Source of the DNA: Vitrella brassicaformis CCMP3155
Lineage: Eukaryota > Protista > Chromerida
DNA: 64,000 nucleotides
Assembly (NCBI GenBank): GCA_001179505.1
Contig: CDMY01000427.1
Span: forward strand, 1 to 64,000
Direction of reading: 5' to 3'
Positions 12,867 through 28,007 of the stretch are shown here, piece after piece (the stretch's first letter is position 1; each line of letters opens with the position of its first letter). The notes beneath the pieces are model-generated. The model ran no database searches. It was given only the letters and a program-made list of their open reading frames with translations, and was not told the DNA's origin. Position numbers and translations under genes: made by a program.

Positions 12867-14089
12867 AGAAGTTGCGTGTCTTTTTGTTTCCTAACATCGC
12901 TGCAGCCCCGCACTTTCCCTTGAACGACCTTGATATTTGAGCGGTGTGTGTGGGTGGGTGGGTGAGTGTGTCTGTATGTGTGTTGCATACATTTTCTTTA
13001 GGGTTGTAGGGTTGGTGGGTTTCTTTCGGCTTTGCCAGCGATGTGTGTTTTCGGGACATTTTCTCTTCGTGTGCGTGTGCACCATACCATACACACCACA
13101 CCACACGACACGACATACACACCTCGGCTGCCATACACACAGATCGTCGGCAAGCTAAGCCACGCTACGCACGCTTCACACCCAATGCGCACACACACCC
13201 ATCCGCCCACATGACATGCTGTGGTGTGTTTTGTACTGTATCCGCCCTGTCTGGCTGCTCGCCTGCCTGCCTGCCTGCCTGCCTGTCTGTGTGCGCATGC
13301 ACTAGTATACACTGACGGATTGTTCGTCTGTCTGTTTGTCTGATCCTTTGAGAGAGGGATGGGTGGCGAGAGAGAGAGGTCTTGACGGACAGAACGTACT
13401 CGGATGGATGGACGGAGACACAATGTGTTCGGGACTTATGGGGTCATTCGCCCTGCACGTGAAGAGCTGCCCCGATGGTGAATGCATCGATTTGCACACG
13501 TCAATCATTCCTTGAATTCCTCGGTTCAGTCAGAACTCAATGTCTTTCAACGTGCCTCGTGTGAAGAGACATTGACACATAGCGTAACAACAAACATGAA
13601 AACGGCAACAAGCAAGTGGTCTCTGTACGCCCACGGCGACGGGTCGCCAGCCGCAAGCGGCAAGTCCATTCCATAAGCGGCCGGGAACATCTGCACACAC
13701 TTGGACGGAAGACGGATGCATTGTGAAGACGCCCCAGCGGCCAGGCCCGCCAGCCTTCGCGCATCGGCCTCCAATTCTGCCTGCCCCTCCTTCTTGTCCA
13801 TCTCATGACGGCGCTTCGATGACCATCTGGTAGCGACCGTTGCAGACGGATGAATGGATCTGCAGTGCAACAAACAGAATGCACGCACATCCGTAAGCAT
13901 ACAGCAAGCATGTTTGTGGCACACACGTGCACCTGTGGTGAGAGATTCTTCATCTGTCATGGCACCATGACCGTCGCAGGGTGTTCTGTCAAACTGGGAG
14001 GGAGAAAGAACGAGAAGGGACATGTGACGAGAAGAGGCCCGTCGAGAAATCGGAGACAAGGGACAGAGAGAAAAAGATTTCAACTGTCA

Positions 14090-15340
14090 TCTGAAACGGT
14101 TCCCCCTCCCTTCCGTTCTCCACTTGCTCGCCAGCCACAGCAAGAGCAGCAACAGGAGGGCGAGGGCGAGGGCGCACAAGAACCAACAGAGGAGGAGCCC
14201 AAAGAGGGAGACGGCCTGGAGGTCCTGGCGGCCAAGCTCGTGTCTGACGTCATGGACACAGTCGAGGCCCGCAGCTCGTGGCGGCGTCTGTGGCGGAGGA
14301 TCCCTCCAAGTCGTCCACGGTGCCCCCGCCCGCCCCTGCTGCTCCCACCCATCCGGCCGCTCGCCTTTCGCCATCTCCAGTGCACGCCAAGGCCCCCAGC
14401 GCCATGTTACGAAAGTGTCATGGTGCGGATGTCCTCTCTCTGGTAACGGTCAAACCCACACGCGAAGCATACCAGCCATCCATACGCGCAGCCAAACACA
14501 ATGCGTCCACACTTCCAGTCATCTGAGCCGAGCGCCTTCATCAGGGCCACAGACAGGGGCGAAGGGCATCGTGAGCACTTCGCAACAGCCATCACCACCA
14601 CAACCACTGAGAGGGAGAAGACGACCAAGAGGCCCCTGCCGCCGCGTCTGATTCTCATCCCTCAGCATCTCTGTCGTCGTCACTGCCGTCCATCCCGCCA
14701 GCTGCAGGGGAGCGCCAGTCACGGTGCGGCTTTGGGTCGCGGGCGAGCCAGGAGGGGAGGGGCATCTGCAGTGGAGCGAGGACGCTCTCGAAGAGATGCT
14801 CAAGATCGTCGATCCCAAGAAACCTGACAGCCCGGTGGTAAAGCGAACAGACAGCCACTGAAACAGACGGCAGACAGGCAGGCACATGGGTGGTCGTGAT
14901 GTGCGTGGTGTGGATCAGGTGGGCAAGGCCTTGGTAGATGCGTGATAGCAAGTGCGACGGCCACCACGAGGTGTATGGCTGGTCCCTCGCTGCTCTCCGG
15001 TATTCACGCACAGAAGACACCCCACACACCAACACCATTCCTCTGGCTAATTCTCTCCTCTGTGCTGCATTGCAGAGCAATGGCGAGCGGCGAGAGGGCC
15101 TCGGCCACCACCTATGGGATGATCTCACGTGGCGCCCTCCGAATCATCCAGCGCAGGCTCGCCACCGCCCTCACCACCACGCCCCCGCCCGTGGATGACG
15201 AGAGGCGGTGGGGCGGGATGCGCCTGTGTGTCGAGCATGCCATGGGGCTGCTGGGCGACATCCAACAGAACTGCAGGAGGTCTCATTGCGACTCACACAC
15301 ATGCCAGCCACACCCATCGGCGCGTGCCTGTCAGTGCTCA
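14090..15340 (+). pseudogene. Truncated, decayed sibling of the upstream gene and module family
   Basis: 14140-14210 (QQEGEGEGAQEPTEEEPKE) matches the minus-strand copy at about 46400-46460. 14570-14760 matches 11985-12160 (ACCACCACAACCAC...CTCTGTCGTCGTCACTGCCGTCCATCCCGC...GGGTCGCGGGCGAGCCAGG). Frames are broken by stops. Confidence 0.6.
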
Positions 15341-15436
15341 ACTATGATCAATCTGATCGTGTTTTGTGTTGTGCAGTCCTCGTCAGTCGAGGGTTCTCTT
15401 GATGACGGTGATGAATGTGATGCGCGATGCATACAA

Positions 15437-15612
15437 CCGCTGCCTATATTTTATATCCTGACGGTTGGTTAAGCGTTCTCTCTGCCTATCATCCGTGTAG
15501 ACCAGGTGTGCCTGCAGATCATGTCTCTGCCGGTCTCTGCCTATCTCTGCCTACATTTTATGTATATCCTGACGATCCGTTAACCGTAGCTCCCTCTCTC
15601 TTCCTCTCTGCC
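15437..15612 (+). repeat. Local amplification of the cassette motif (CGCTGCCTATATTTTATAT plus about 5 CTCTGCC(TA) sub-repeats)
   Basis: TTTTATAT at 15449-15456. A second copy CTCTGCCTACATTTTATGTATATCCTGACG lies at about 15545-15575. Confidence 0.75.
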
Positions 15613-15820
15613 TACGTAGTGGCAACGACAGGCTGCATATCACGAAGGTGGTCACTGATGGTGCGGAACTCCTTGAAGCTCGGACTTGCATTGCCACCAC
15701 TGAGTCGATCCTCCCCACGCACAGCCAGCACTAGCTGTCAGGTCTTGGCATACAACACACTGAAAAACCGACCAGCAGAGGCACTCATCAGTACGTGCAG
15801 TCTCTCACACGGACATCATG

Positions 15821-16747
15821 CTATGTGTCCACAGATTGGGCAGTGGATGCACGAGTGATCTTGACGTCAAACAAAGGCCTGAAGCCAACAACACGCACTT
15901 AACACATGTCGGGGACGTTCAGCCACCTCAGTCGTCTGCTCACTTGTCTGTGGCCGATGTCTTGACGTTGCCCATCTTCTGCACACACAAAGAAAGGGCC
16001 GTCCTCCGCGCCCTGGACTTACGCTATGGCTTACTTACCTGGACGACGCTCATGCCCTTGCACACGCGCCCAAAGATGGAGTGCTTGCCTACCAGGCAGC
16101 AACCCAACGCACACACGAATGCAGGAATGCCGCTGCAGTCAGCCTCGGTGCGCGTGTGTATACCGTCAAGGAAGGGGCATGGCGCCAGGGTGATGAAGAA
16201 CTGACTCTTGTTGGTGTTCGGACCTGAATTGGCCATCGACACAATGCCCTGCACACACATACACCGATGACCGACAGCTCCTCACGGTGCTGGCATGCTC
16301 ACCGCCCCTGTGTGCCTCAGCTGTGGGTGGATTTCGTCTTCGAAAGCGCCGCCATAGATTGACTCCCCTCCCCTCCCCGTCCCAGTGGGATCACCACCCT
16401 GGATCATGAAATCCTGACCAGCGCAACACGCAGCCAGATACACCAGACCCCTTCACATACAGCTGTGTGGCTGCCTCACCCTGATGATTCGATGGAAGAT
16501 GGTGTTGTCATAGTAGCCCCTCGACGCCAGGCCAGCAAAGTTGGCGCACGTCCGTGGCGCATGCTTCCAGTACAGCTCTATCTCGATGTCACCCTGAACA
16601 GAGAGGTAATCAAGCACCAGCGAGAATCAAACAGTTGCCGAGTGCTTTGTTGATACACTTGCTGGTGCGTTTCCTTCCTTACGTCATCATGGCACCTACC
16701 ATGCTTGTGACGAGCAGCACATTCCCGCTGCCTTCCTCTTGTTCCAT
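15821..16747 (-). CDS. PPIL1: Peptidyl-prolyl cis-trans isomerase-like 1 (spliceosomal cyclophilin)
   Basis: Spliced product [16 protein letters not shown]|[38 protein letters not shown]|[37 protein letters not shown]|[29 protein letters not shown]|[16 protein letters not shown]|[12 protein letters not shown]|[10 protein letters not shown]...*. The LYWKHAP motif is typical of PPIL1. Confidence 0.93.
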
Positions 16748-16912
16748 CGAATCAATGATCTTCCGCCAAACACACAGATCAATGCAATACGGACAAGGAC
16801 CTCTGCAGGCACACCTTTGTCACGTGGTTTCCTTTTTTTTTTGAAGAGCTGCGAGCTCAGCTTCGTCGACCCTCTAAGCTCGCACACTGATGGACGAGAT
16901 CTGAGCATTATC

Positions 16913-19900
16913 ATGGCTACATTCCTGCGCAGCTGTCGCCCCAGTGGCGGCCTGATCAATTCCAACTTGACGCGGCACTCAAGACGATGCATGGCATCGA
17001 CTTATACGGCCGTGACGCGTCGGCGGGAGAAGGAGACCGCCCAGCAGATGGAAGGCGACAAGGGCAGGCAACAGCGGCTCCTTGAGGATCTCGAGAGGGA
17101 CAAGCAGATACAGAGGCAGGCGGCCGCAAGAGCAGCTCCGATGGGCGGCAAGGGGGTTGTGGCGAGCGAGGCCTTCCGCAAGAAGGCTGCACGGGTCGGC
17201 CGCATGGGCACCGGTCAGCTGCTGGACTTCCTGGGCGAGACTTCAAGAGCCAAAGTGGCCGACCCTGTGGTTTGGGAGCGGATCATCGAACATATCGGTC
17301 TTCACCACCGGCAGCAGGGCATTGCCACCACGGAGGGAGAAAGGCCAACAGTCGGAGAGGAGGCAGAGGCGGAAGAAGAGATCGAGGGGGAAGAGCCGTC
17401 GGCCCAGAGGTTTGCGTTGAGTGTGGATGTGGAGGACGGCTTCGTCGGCCAGCTGCGGCAGCTCTCTCACGAGCAGTTCATCTCGATGCTCGAAGCCCTC
17501 AACTCAACCACCGCCTTCGTCGCAATGGACCCCCGGCTGTCGGCACTGATCAGCAAGGCCTTCTGCGAGCGGCCGTTCGAGCACAGTGATCTTCGCCATC
17601 TATCCAACGTGGTGTGTTTTGTCCCGCTGCGGCAAGATGCATGCCGCCGAGAAATGATGCAGTACCTAGGGCAGCTGTTCCGCAAGGGCCGCTACAGGAA
17701 ACGGCTTATGGATGACCAGCTGTATGTCAAGACGGCCATTGCACTGCTGCCGTGCCTCAACTCACATCTGCTGTCGGCATTCCTGAGGACAGTGGGGCCT
17801 TCCTCTTACCCCTCTGCAGTCATGGCGATGGGCGGCGACGATCTGCGGCTCATCCTGCGGGCGCTGTCGACCTTCAAAGTGCGGGATGGGTCGCTGGTCA
17901 GTGCTGTCGCGCATGCCGTCAGTGTGCAGCCTCAGAGGTGAGCCAATGAGTGCACGGAAAACGTCCGTGATTCAGCTGTATGTCATCTCGTCTTTGTTTC
18001 TCTCAGGTTTGGCTCACCTGTCAATCTGACCGGTCTTGCCACAGGTGAGCGGATCATCATCCGCAGTATGCAGAGGCACTCTTGTGGCCCCCTTTTCCTT
18101 GTGTGTGTACAGATTTCCTCGACTGTCGGTTGATGGAGCCCGGAGTGCCCTCGCCGATCGACCAGCTGCTGGCAGAGATCAGGTGCCGATACTTGAATAG
18201 CTGAATTCACTCCGTATGCGTTGGATTATGTCATGTCAGGCGCCAGGCCCCCTCCTACAACTTGCAGGATCTGACCATCGTCGCAGGTGGGTTTCCAGCG
18301 AAGAAGACGCAGAATGACATCGGAAGATAGACCACAATGTGATTGCCTGGGTTCAGGAGGGTTGGCTCGGGCGCCGTGGGGTGGCTTGTCCGAGAAGCAT
18401 GGCCTGCGGCTGACAGTGGACACTCTACGGGGACGATGTCGCGATCTCATAGGTACCGGCGAAGATGAAGCAAAGCCAAACGACCAGGTCAGTGGCAGAC
18501 TCAAGAGTACCAGCTCTCGACTCGTGTGCATCTGTCCTCTGTCTGTCCCCCAGTTGCTGGCCCTGTTGTCATCCTTCGCTGCCTTCGAGTGGATCCCCGA
18601 CGGCGCCACGCCACTCCCGACATCGGCCGACCTCCCCGTCACACCATGCTACAAGTCCACACGAGGCGAACAGACGCTGACTGACACCCTTGCCCAGGCA
18701 GCCAAGAAGGCCCTTCTCTCACCCCCAAGTGAACAGGGAGAGGGATCAGCGGAGGACCGGTCGGCTGCATTCATGGCCCTGTCAGCCACCCTGCAAACCG
18801 CCCTCCACTCGTCCTCCCAGACCATCTCAGCCCTGGTTGACGAGCTTCGGCCGTTCCTGTCATCTCAGGCCGGGCAGGCATATGAGGAGGCATCCTTCAA
18901 GACCCTCCTGGAGCACTGCAGCCACACTCTACTTTCGGCTACGGCAGAGTATGTCGGCAGAGCAACGAGAGACCCATCCAGCGCGGCTAGTAGCTATCAT
19001 GCTGCCCTCAACGGAGCCGCGGAGACCTTGCGAGTGGTGCGGCTGTTCCTATCGGTCCCTCTGGCCAGACAGACCTTCGATGTGGCCGTGTCTTCCTTCC
19101 GCGCCCTGGCCGTTGCGTCCCACTGCACCACATCCATCCAACCCCATCTTGAGGACCACCAAGAGGCTAAGAAACGGCTTGATGGGCTCCGGCAGCAGGC
19201 CGATGACACAACGGCGGCCCTCGACAAGGCCTTATCTTCACTGCTGACATCGCCAGATGTTGCGGTGGAGGTGACACCCGGCGACCTGACGGCCCTCGCT
19301 TCCCTGCCGTGTCCCACCACGTTTGCGGTGGTCGTCCGCCGTCTGCAGAAGGACCTCATCCCCCAGCTGACCCTCTCGGAGGCCCCCCTGTTCGTGCGGC
19401 TGTTCGCTCTCGCCCAGCTGGGCCACATGCCCCTCTCTCTCCCGGCCACTGCACCCATCACCGTTGGTGGTGATGAGGTGGTCGAGACCTCACCACCAGC
19501 AGCGACTGCTACAGCCCCTGCAGGCGAATCATTTACGTCGCATTTCGGTCCGGCGAAAGGCGCATCTTCCGAGGCACCGGCAGCTGCTCGTCAGGCTATC
19601 TCGGGTGGTGGCCCCAGGGGCACTCTGGAGGGCTTCGAATCCCTCAGCCGCCGCAAGCTGGCGACCGGCGCCCCTTCACTACTGGAGGAGCGGCCACTAA
19701 CGCGTGAGGAGGAGATCGCGAGCCTGGAATGGATGGAGGGGCTGCTTGATGACGCGCAGCCGTCGCTCTCGACCCACCCCTTCGGCCATGGGGTGCGTCT
19801 CTACGACGAGCTGATGATTCATGCCGGCCACAACGGCACGGAGCCCGACAGCCCCCTCCCTGAAGACACGGTGGACCGGGACGAGGCAAGGAGGCGGCTG

Positions 19901-20191
19901 CGGTCATTGGCGTGTTTCGTGACGCTGCATGCCGACCCCATGCACACCGGGCAGCCTTCCCAGGGGGCCGTCGACCACCTCACTGAGTCGATCAAGACGC
20001 AACAGGCCAAGAAACAGCTGGAAGGAAAGACCGCGGGCGAGCAGGCAGAAAGAGGCGAAGGCGATCCGCCGTCTGTACGTGCGGTGATGCCCTCGGCTGG
20101 TCGGGACGAGGCGGGGCCCTCGGTAACTGCTCGACATGTGCCGTGGGACTTGCTGAAGAAGAGAAGGCCGTCTGTGCGGCTGCAGGAGTGA
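16913..20191 (+). CDS. Putative organelle (mitochondrion)-targeted helical-repeat protein, HPR/OPR/FASTK-like
   Basis: Arg/Ser-rich, acid-free N-terminus (MATFLRSCRPSGGLINSNLTRHSRRCM). Repeat-like helices such as MGGDDLRLILRALSTFKVRDGSLVSAVAHAV. Two long GC3-rich ORFs (16913-17937 and about 18530-20191) are joined by short exons. Family assignment is tentative. Confidence 0.55.
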
Positions 20192-20417
20192 GGAGCCAGT
20201 GGCCCAAGGTGCTGTATTGATGTGTGTATTGATGTGTCTGTGAGGTTTGCGAGATGGCTGGCCGTTGTCGATTTGTGCAAGTCGTATGTGAGCAAGACAG
20301 ATGGACGACAGGTCGATGGACATCCCATGTGTACATCACATCGTATAAATGGTCTTTCCAGTTGTCTGTCTGTATACACACAGTCGGCTCACACGCACAT
20401 CCACAGGCACACACGCG

Positions 20418-22858
20418 TCATACAGTCCGTCTCTCCTTCTGACATGGTCGCTCTCGACGGCATTTGAGCCGCAACCAGACATGCAGCAGAGTCATGTCGA
20501 AAGCATCACCCCTCGTGTTGCTGAGGTGATACATCATGAACCCCCTCACCTCATGAAGCATCCTCTGCTTGGCTCGAATCTCCCTCTCGCTCATCGCATT
20601 CAGCACATCGAACGTTTGATGCGACTCCTTCTTCGGAATGATCACAGCAAAGGATGTCCAGTCGAAGAAACAGCTGTGTGGCAGCCAGTATGAGTCAGCG
20701 ATGACCACGGGGATGCATAAGTACCACAGAAGACTGCATTAAGCGGGGGCTGAACACTCGCGAGCCGGCAGGGCACAAGCAGAATGTGCTCTCGCGGTTG
20801 TACTGCGAGTATCTCGCCCTCGAGACACGGCCGCTGACAATCCTCGTGGCATTCTTTCGCTTCGCCGCTGACGGCTCATCGGATGCATTGGGCTCGAATG
20901 ACGCAAAGACGGCAGAGCGAAGGTTCCCTCTACCCCCGCCCTTCCTACCAGCACGGCCTGACGACAGGGGACACATGCAGGAGAAGCATCTGTAGGTGTG
21001 TGTATTGTGTCTCTCATATTGTCATGTGTTTCACCTGCAAAGAAGGCGAAGATTGGCCGATGGCCTAATTGCAGCCCTCGACTCGCCTTGCCCACCAGCT
21101 TGGCCATCTTGGTCCTCACGGCACTGTCCTGCCTTGACAGCGTCAAAGGGACCCGCTGCACTGCCTGAGCTCTATCACAGGCGAGGAACTGCTCGAAAGC
21201 AGCGAGAAAGGGCCCGTGAGAGGCAAATGAGAGGTTGGACGCATTGGGGAAGGAGAAGATGAAGCTGGCGATGCTGTTGCCATCCGTGTACTTCACCCAG
21301 CGTGCGACCTTGGGTGGGAGGTCATCTTTCGGGTTGCTTTGTAGGGGCAAACTCAATGCGAAATTCGCGTTTTCTGCAAACAGAGAAGAATGAAGATACA
21401 GATGAACCAAATTGACTTTGTCTGATAAGTTCGCTTTACGTATGTCGACAGAGCACGGCGCAGAGACATCATTGGCTACGGAAAAAGCGTATGGCGTGGC
21501 AGGCTTGACTGGAGCAGTCCGATTGAAGAGCGCAGCCAACACCGAAGGTGTGATCGACGACGGCATAGGGTCGTTGTGTCTCGAGTCGTTGCGAACACGT
21601 ATGCGGTGGTTGTCCTTTGGGTCGCGATGCATGGAGCCTCCGTCGCAAGCTTTGGGTGAGCGATCGACGCATACTCACCTTTCCCGCCGTCATGCGAAGA
21701 TACCCAGAAGTGTGGCCGCGAATCTGACACGCAGACAGACAATGATAAGGCATTTCTCCTGGCAGAGGCATACCGTTGAAATAGGGGTATCTGGTCGATA
21801 TCCAGGCGACAAGCATGGCGACCATTGTAGACACAATCAAGGCCTCTGTAATGCCGGCCTTTGAGGCCGTGAACCTGGGACGCCGCCTGTGTGCCCTTCA
21901 TGCGCTTTCTCGCCTTCTGCGCCGACTTGGACCACTGAGATGTGAAAATGGGAAGAAAGAAGGCGTCGGCTTCTTCAGGGCGCTTCGTCGCGTAGACAGA
22001 TCGCTGCATCTGATACCACACGACACTGCAAGGATTGAAGGGATAGGAAGTCGCCCATTTGTGTATCTCTGACTTCTGCGTAACTCTCCACACCATAAGC
22101 GCTATTCGTGTCTGCTCTTTGGCACCATGTGCAGAGGTAAAGGAGAACAGCAATCCATTCACAGCACGCACACGCCTCCTTGCTTTCCTCACCTTTCTTG
22201 ACCATGACCTTTCCCGAGAGCATTGGCGGCAGCTTCAGCCGTATAATCGCCGACTCGTTGTGAACACGCCGTTGGACAGCATCCAACTCCGCATTGGTTG
22301 GAATCGGATACTGATACACCCTGAATGACTCCCGCATATCATCGATGACCTCCTTCACCGCACATAGAGCCAGCACATACTCAGGGTCGGCCAGGCTCGT
22401 CCCGTAGTGAGTGGTCCTGTCGATGAAGTCCTCAAGAATGGTCTCCGCCCGGCTGGACCGCAGCAGACACTCACACTTGTCACATAGATACTTGCTGAAG
22501 TACTCGCCGTAATGAAACGGCCGTCGCTTCTGCTGACGGTACGGCCATAATTGGGAGAGATGGTGGCTTCTGTGCTGGATGTTTGGGACAGTTCCAGCAG
22601 GTGCATCTTGTGAAGTAGCTGACAAGGGCGATGTGATGCTCAGAAGTGTCCCAACCACCTGAAAACTTACCACAAAAGAAGAGAGCTTGTCCGAGCACCT
22701 TGGATGGTCAGTCTGCCTTTTGGATGGTTTCTTAACAGTGTGACGAAGCATGCGAGTGTCGGTAGCGTCGGCAGGATGACAACCGTCCTCCACAAGCCAC
22801 CATCTTCGGCAGGATCCTTAATAAGCTCCGTCGTTCCAGCAGCTGATGACGAGGGCAT
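20418..22858 (-). CDS. Exostosin family (GT47) glycosyltransferase, multi-exon
   Basis: Motifs FRVYQYPIP, EEADAFFLPIF, RPHFWVSSHD, RPIFAFFAG, STFCLCPAGSRVFSPRL and VVIADSYWLP...FDWTSFAVII...RAKQ. Start codon uncertain. Confidence 0.85.
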
Positions 22859-23260
22859 ATTCTTGCTGTTGTTTTCTGCTGACGAATCGTGTAAGTACGT
22901 GCCTCCCTCGTCCATCCATAGAAGCAATCAAACACCAAAGATATTCATTCCGCGCAACAAACACTCCGATCGCTGCGAGCTTTGAGATTGCCAGATGGAG
23001 CCGAACGGCGTTGGCGGAGGTGAGGAGGGGTCGGAAATGGGAAGCAAAGCAGCCATCGAGCCATACGTGTGTGGGATCTTCCAAAATATGTGGCGTCTGT
23101 TTATGTCCTGTCAGGCACAGCGCGATGGAGGTCGTATGAGTCCCGGCTGAGAGAAGAAGATCAACAAGGGCCCTATCATCGGTACACAGTATGAAAACTG
23201 CTCACATCCTTTCGCTGGTCGTCGAGGTCTCTGTGTCCCTCCCTCACAGGCAGCTGACAA

Positions 23261-24739
23261 ATGATGATTTGGCTGCTGCGGTGGTGGACGTCTGGCTTCT
23301 CTTATCGGCGAGTGGCCGACCACCGTCAGCTGCTGTCGACATCCACTGAGGAGGATGACTCCAGCACTCAGCTATCCGTCGTCATCGGTGGTGCTGGTGC
23401 TGACCAAGGGCTTCCTGCCGACGTCTTTGCCCGTGTGGTCATCCCTCTCCTGCCTGTCGACGATGCCGTGAGGCTTCGGGCGGTCGGCAAGGCTTACGGC
23501 GCTCAGCTGATCGATGAGGCGTTCCTTCTCAGTCGCATCAACAGCTGCCTGGCCCAGCAGCAGCTGACCGGCCTCATCGATGTGGAGAGGGACCGCGGCG
23601 CCGACCCCTCGGCCCCTCCCCTCCCACCATCCCTCTCGCGAATTGGGTATCTCGCTCGGTGTGCCTACGTCATCGAGCGGGCGGCTGAGTGGCGCCATAT
23701 GGCCACATTTATCAGGGTGGCAGGTGCCTGCGGTGTGGCTGGCCAGCTGCCTGTGGTGCTGTCGGCTGAGACTGTGGCGGCTCATGTGCCCGACAAGGCG
23801 ACTTTCCATCGGCTGCCTGCCACCATGGCCGTCTACAAGACACTTGGAGATCTGCTGGGCAGTGGCGCTGACAACGGCAGCCAACAGCTGCAGCTGACCG
23901 ACGGCGGCAGACGGGAGATCGATGTCTTTGTCGTGCCCACTAACATGCTGCTTCGAGTCGTGCACTTGGCTTCCTACTTTATCTATCTGCTGGCGCTCGG
24001 TTGGGCTGTCGTGCACGGGGTGCAATTCTTGGCGTGCGTCATCGTAGATGCCCTTGATCACCTGGAGAGGCTGGACATTACATATCGTGTCGTCTGCCAA
24101 ACCGGTATAGTGATCTTCTCTATGTTCCTGGGCGGGCTTATCGGCGTGTTGATCCGGAGAGTGACAAAAGCAATTTGGGTGTGGGTCCATGCGAGAAAGA
24201 GGATGGTCCAGCACTATGACGTCGGTGAGAGGACGCTTCGCATCATCGGCCGAGATGAGATGTTCTGCTTTTGCTCCTTCCTATGGCGGTGCTCTTCGAC
24301 ACACGGCGACCCGCCCATCCAAGCCTGGGTGGACATCTTCCCCACATTCAGCTCCTTTGCACTGCACACGCTGCTCGGTGCGCCATCCTCCAGCCTGAGG
24401 TTTGTGCTCAAGGCCACGGTGAGCGGAAGGCATGCCGGCTATCGTCGTCTCCGTACTGACAACTTGAGCAGCGGCCGAAGGGATGTCGTCGTTATCGACT
24501 GGCGGTGGGACTTCAAGTTCTGGGAAGCAATCCGTATGGTGGTGCTGTTGGTCGGTGGCGGCTCTGTGGCGGCATCCGTGCTCCTCAGTGATGGCGGGCG
24601 CATAATGGTCGGAACCACCGAGGTGGCAGTGGCGGATGGATATGTCGACGAGGACTTCCCTGCCACCACAGCTGCCGTGCGAGAGCTGCTGCGGCCATAT
24701 GGTCTGGGAGATTTGACGTTCCGCCCGTGGTATTGGTGA
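23261..24739 (+). CDS. Lineage-expanded F-box-like hypothetical protein (Vitrella-type), intronless, with internal hydrophobic helices
   Basis: 492-aa ORF. LPADVFARVVIPLLPVDDAVRLRAV is F-box-like. C-terminal RRDVVVIDW...LLSDGGRIMVGTTE...EDFPATTAAVRELL resembles the expanded chromerid family as recalled. Confidence 0.75.
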   Translation: MMIWLLRWWTSGFSYRRVADHRQLLSTSTEEDDSSTQLSVVIGGAGADQGLPADVFARVVIPLLPVDDAVRLRAVGKAYGAQLIDEAFLLSRINSCLAQQQLTGLIDVERDRGADPSAPPLPPSLSRIGYLARCAYVIERAAEWRHMATFIRVAGACGVAGQLPVVLSAETVAAHVPDKATFHRLPATMAVYKTLGDLLGSGADNGSQQLQLTDGGRREIDVFVVPTNMLLRVVHLASYFIYLLALGWAVVHGVQFLACVIVDALDHLERLDITYRVVCQTGIVIFSMFLGGLIGVLIRRVTKAIWVWVHARKRMVQHYDVGERTLRIIGRDEMFCFCSFLWRCSSTHGDPPIQAWVDIFPTFSSFALHTLLGAPSSSLRFVLKATVSGRHAGYRRLRTDNLSSGRRDVVVIDWRWDFKFWEAIRMVVLLVGGGSVAASVLLSDGGRIMVGTTEVAVADGYVDEDFPATTAAVRELLRPYGLGDLTFRPWYW

Positions 24740-25462
24740 CGGACCTCGCTTGCTTTGCCTTATTGCGACTGCTCTAGCGAACCAAGGTCTCACTCGGTGT
24801 GTCAGCGAGACGACATCTGGTGGGTGGAAGGACGGTAGCAAGCACAATATTCGACGACGTGTATCGTTATTGATGGAACACATGGATGGGGTCATTCCGA
24901 CAGGCACTCATGGACTCGCATGCAGACAGACATGAAGTGAAAAACCAAAGTCATCACCCCCCCCTCCCTCTCCACTCTGACCAATCTCTCTCGGACTCAT
25001 CCATCTCTCCGTGAGGTGTGGGCGTCATGGATGTGAGGTATGCTGCGCACTGAACCGATTCCGGTCAGTGAGTGTCATACATCGCCGTACACAGCCGCCT
25101 AGCCCTTCCTTCTCATCCTCTTGTCTGCCTGTCTGTCGGATGACTCGCATGTCCCGATCGGGAAAGCCAGCCATGCGTCTTCTTCTCTCAAAATCTCCAC
25201 TTCATGCGCCAGGCCAACCACACACACACACACACACACACGCGCGCACAAGCACATCCACGCAACACAAGTCAAGTACAGGCGAAGACACACGAGAGAC
25301 GGCAGGCAGGCAGCTGCATCGTGCGCACCACATGCTCTCGTCGGCCGTCAGGGGCCACGATTGACTGGTCGAGTCGATCATTCGCAGAGCCCAACGACGT
25401 CGATCTCCAGTGGTGATCACTCAGCAACGCCCGCCCGCCCGCCCGGAGCGGGTTCCATGCAT

Positions 25463-27816
<2,354 letters not shown>

Positions 27817-28007
27817 CGTCGAGCAGAACGAGAACAGAAAAGGGCGGAGCTGTCAACAAAAGAGCCGCTTGCCGCGTGTTCATTCGATGCCCTAACTCAC
27901 TTTTGGGTCGACTCAGAGCTTGCAAAGGGTTTGCGAGCTGTAGCTGCGAGAGTGGACAGAAGAGGCGGAGGGCTTTGGGTGTTTGAAAGGACTGCCAGGT
28001 CACCACC

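Noticed and set aside
12997-13020. TTTAGGG/TGTAGGG telomere-like repeats
   Set aside because: Only 2-3 imperfect units inside an intronic block that also occurs at 38830-38870; insufficient evidence.
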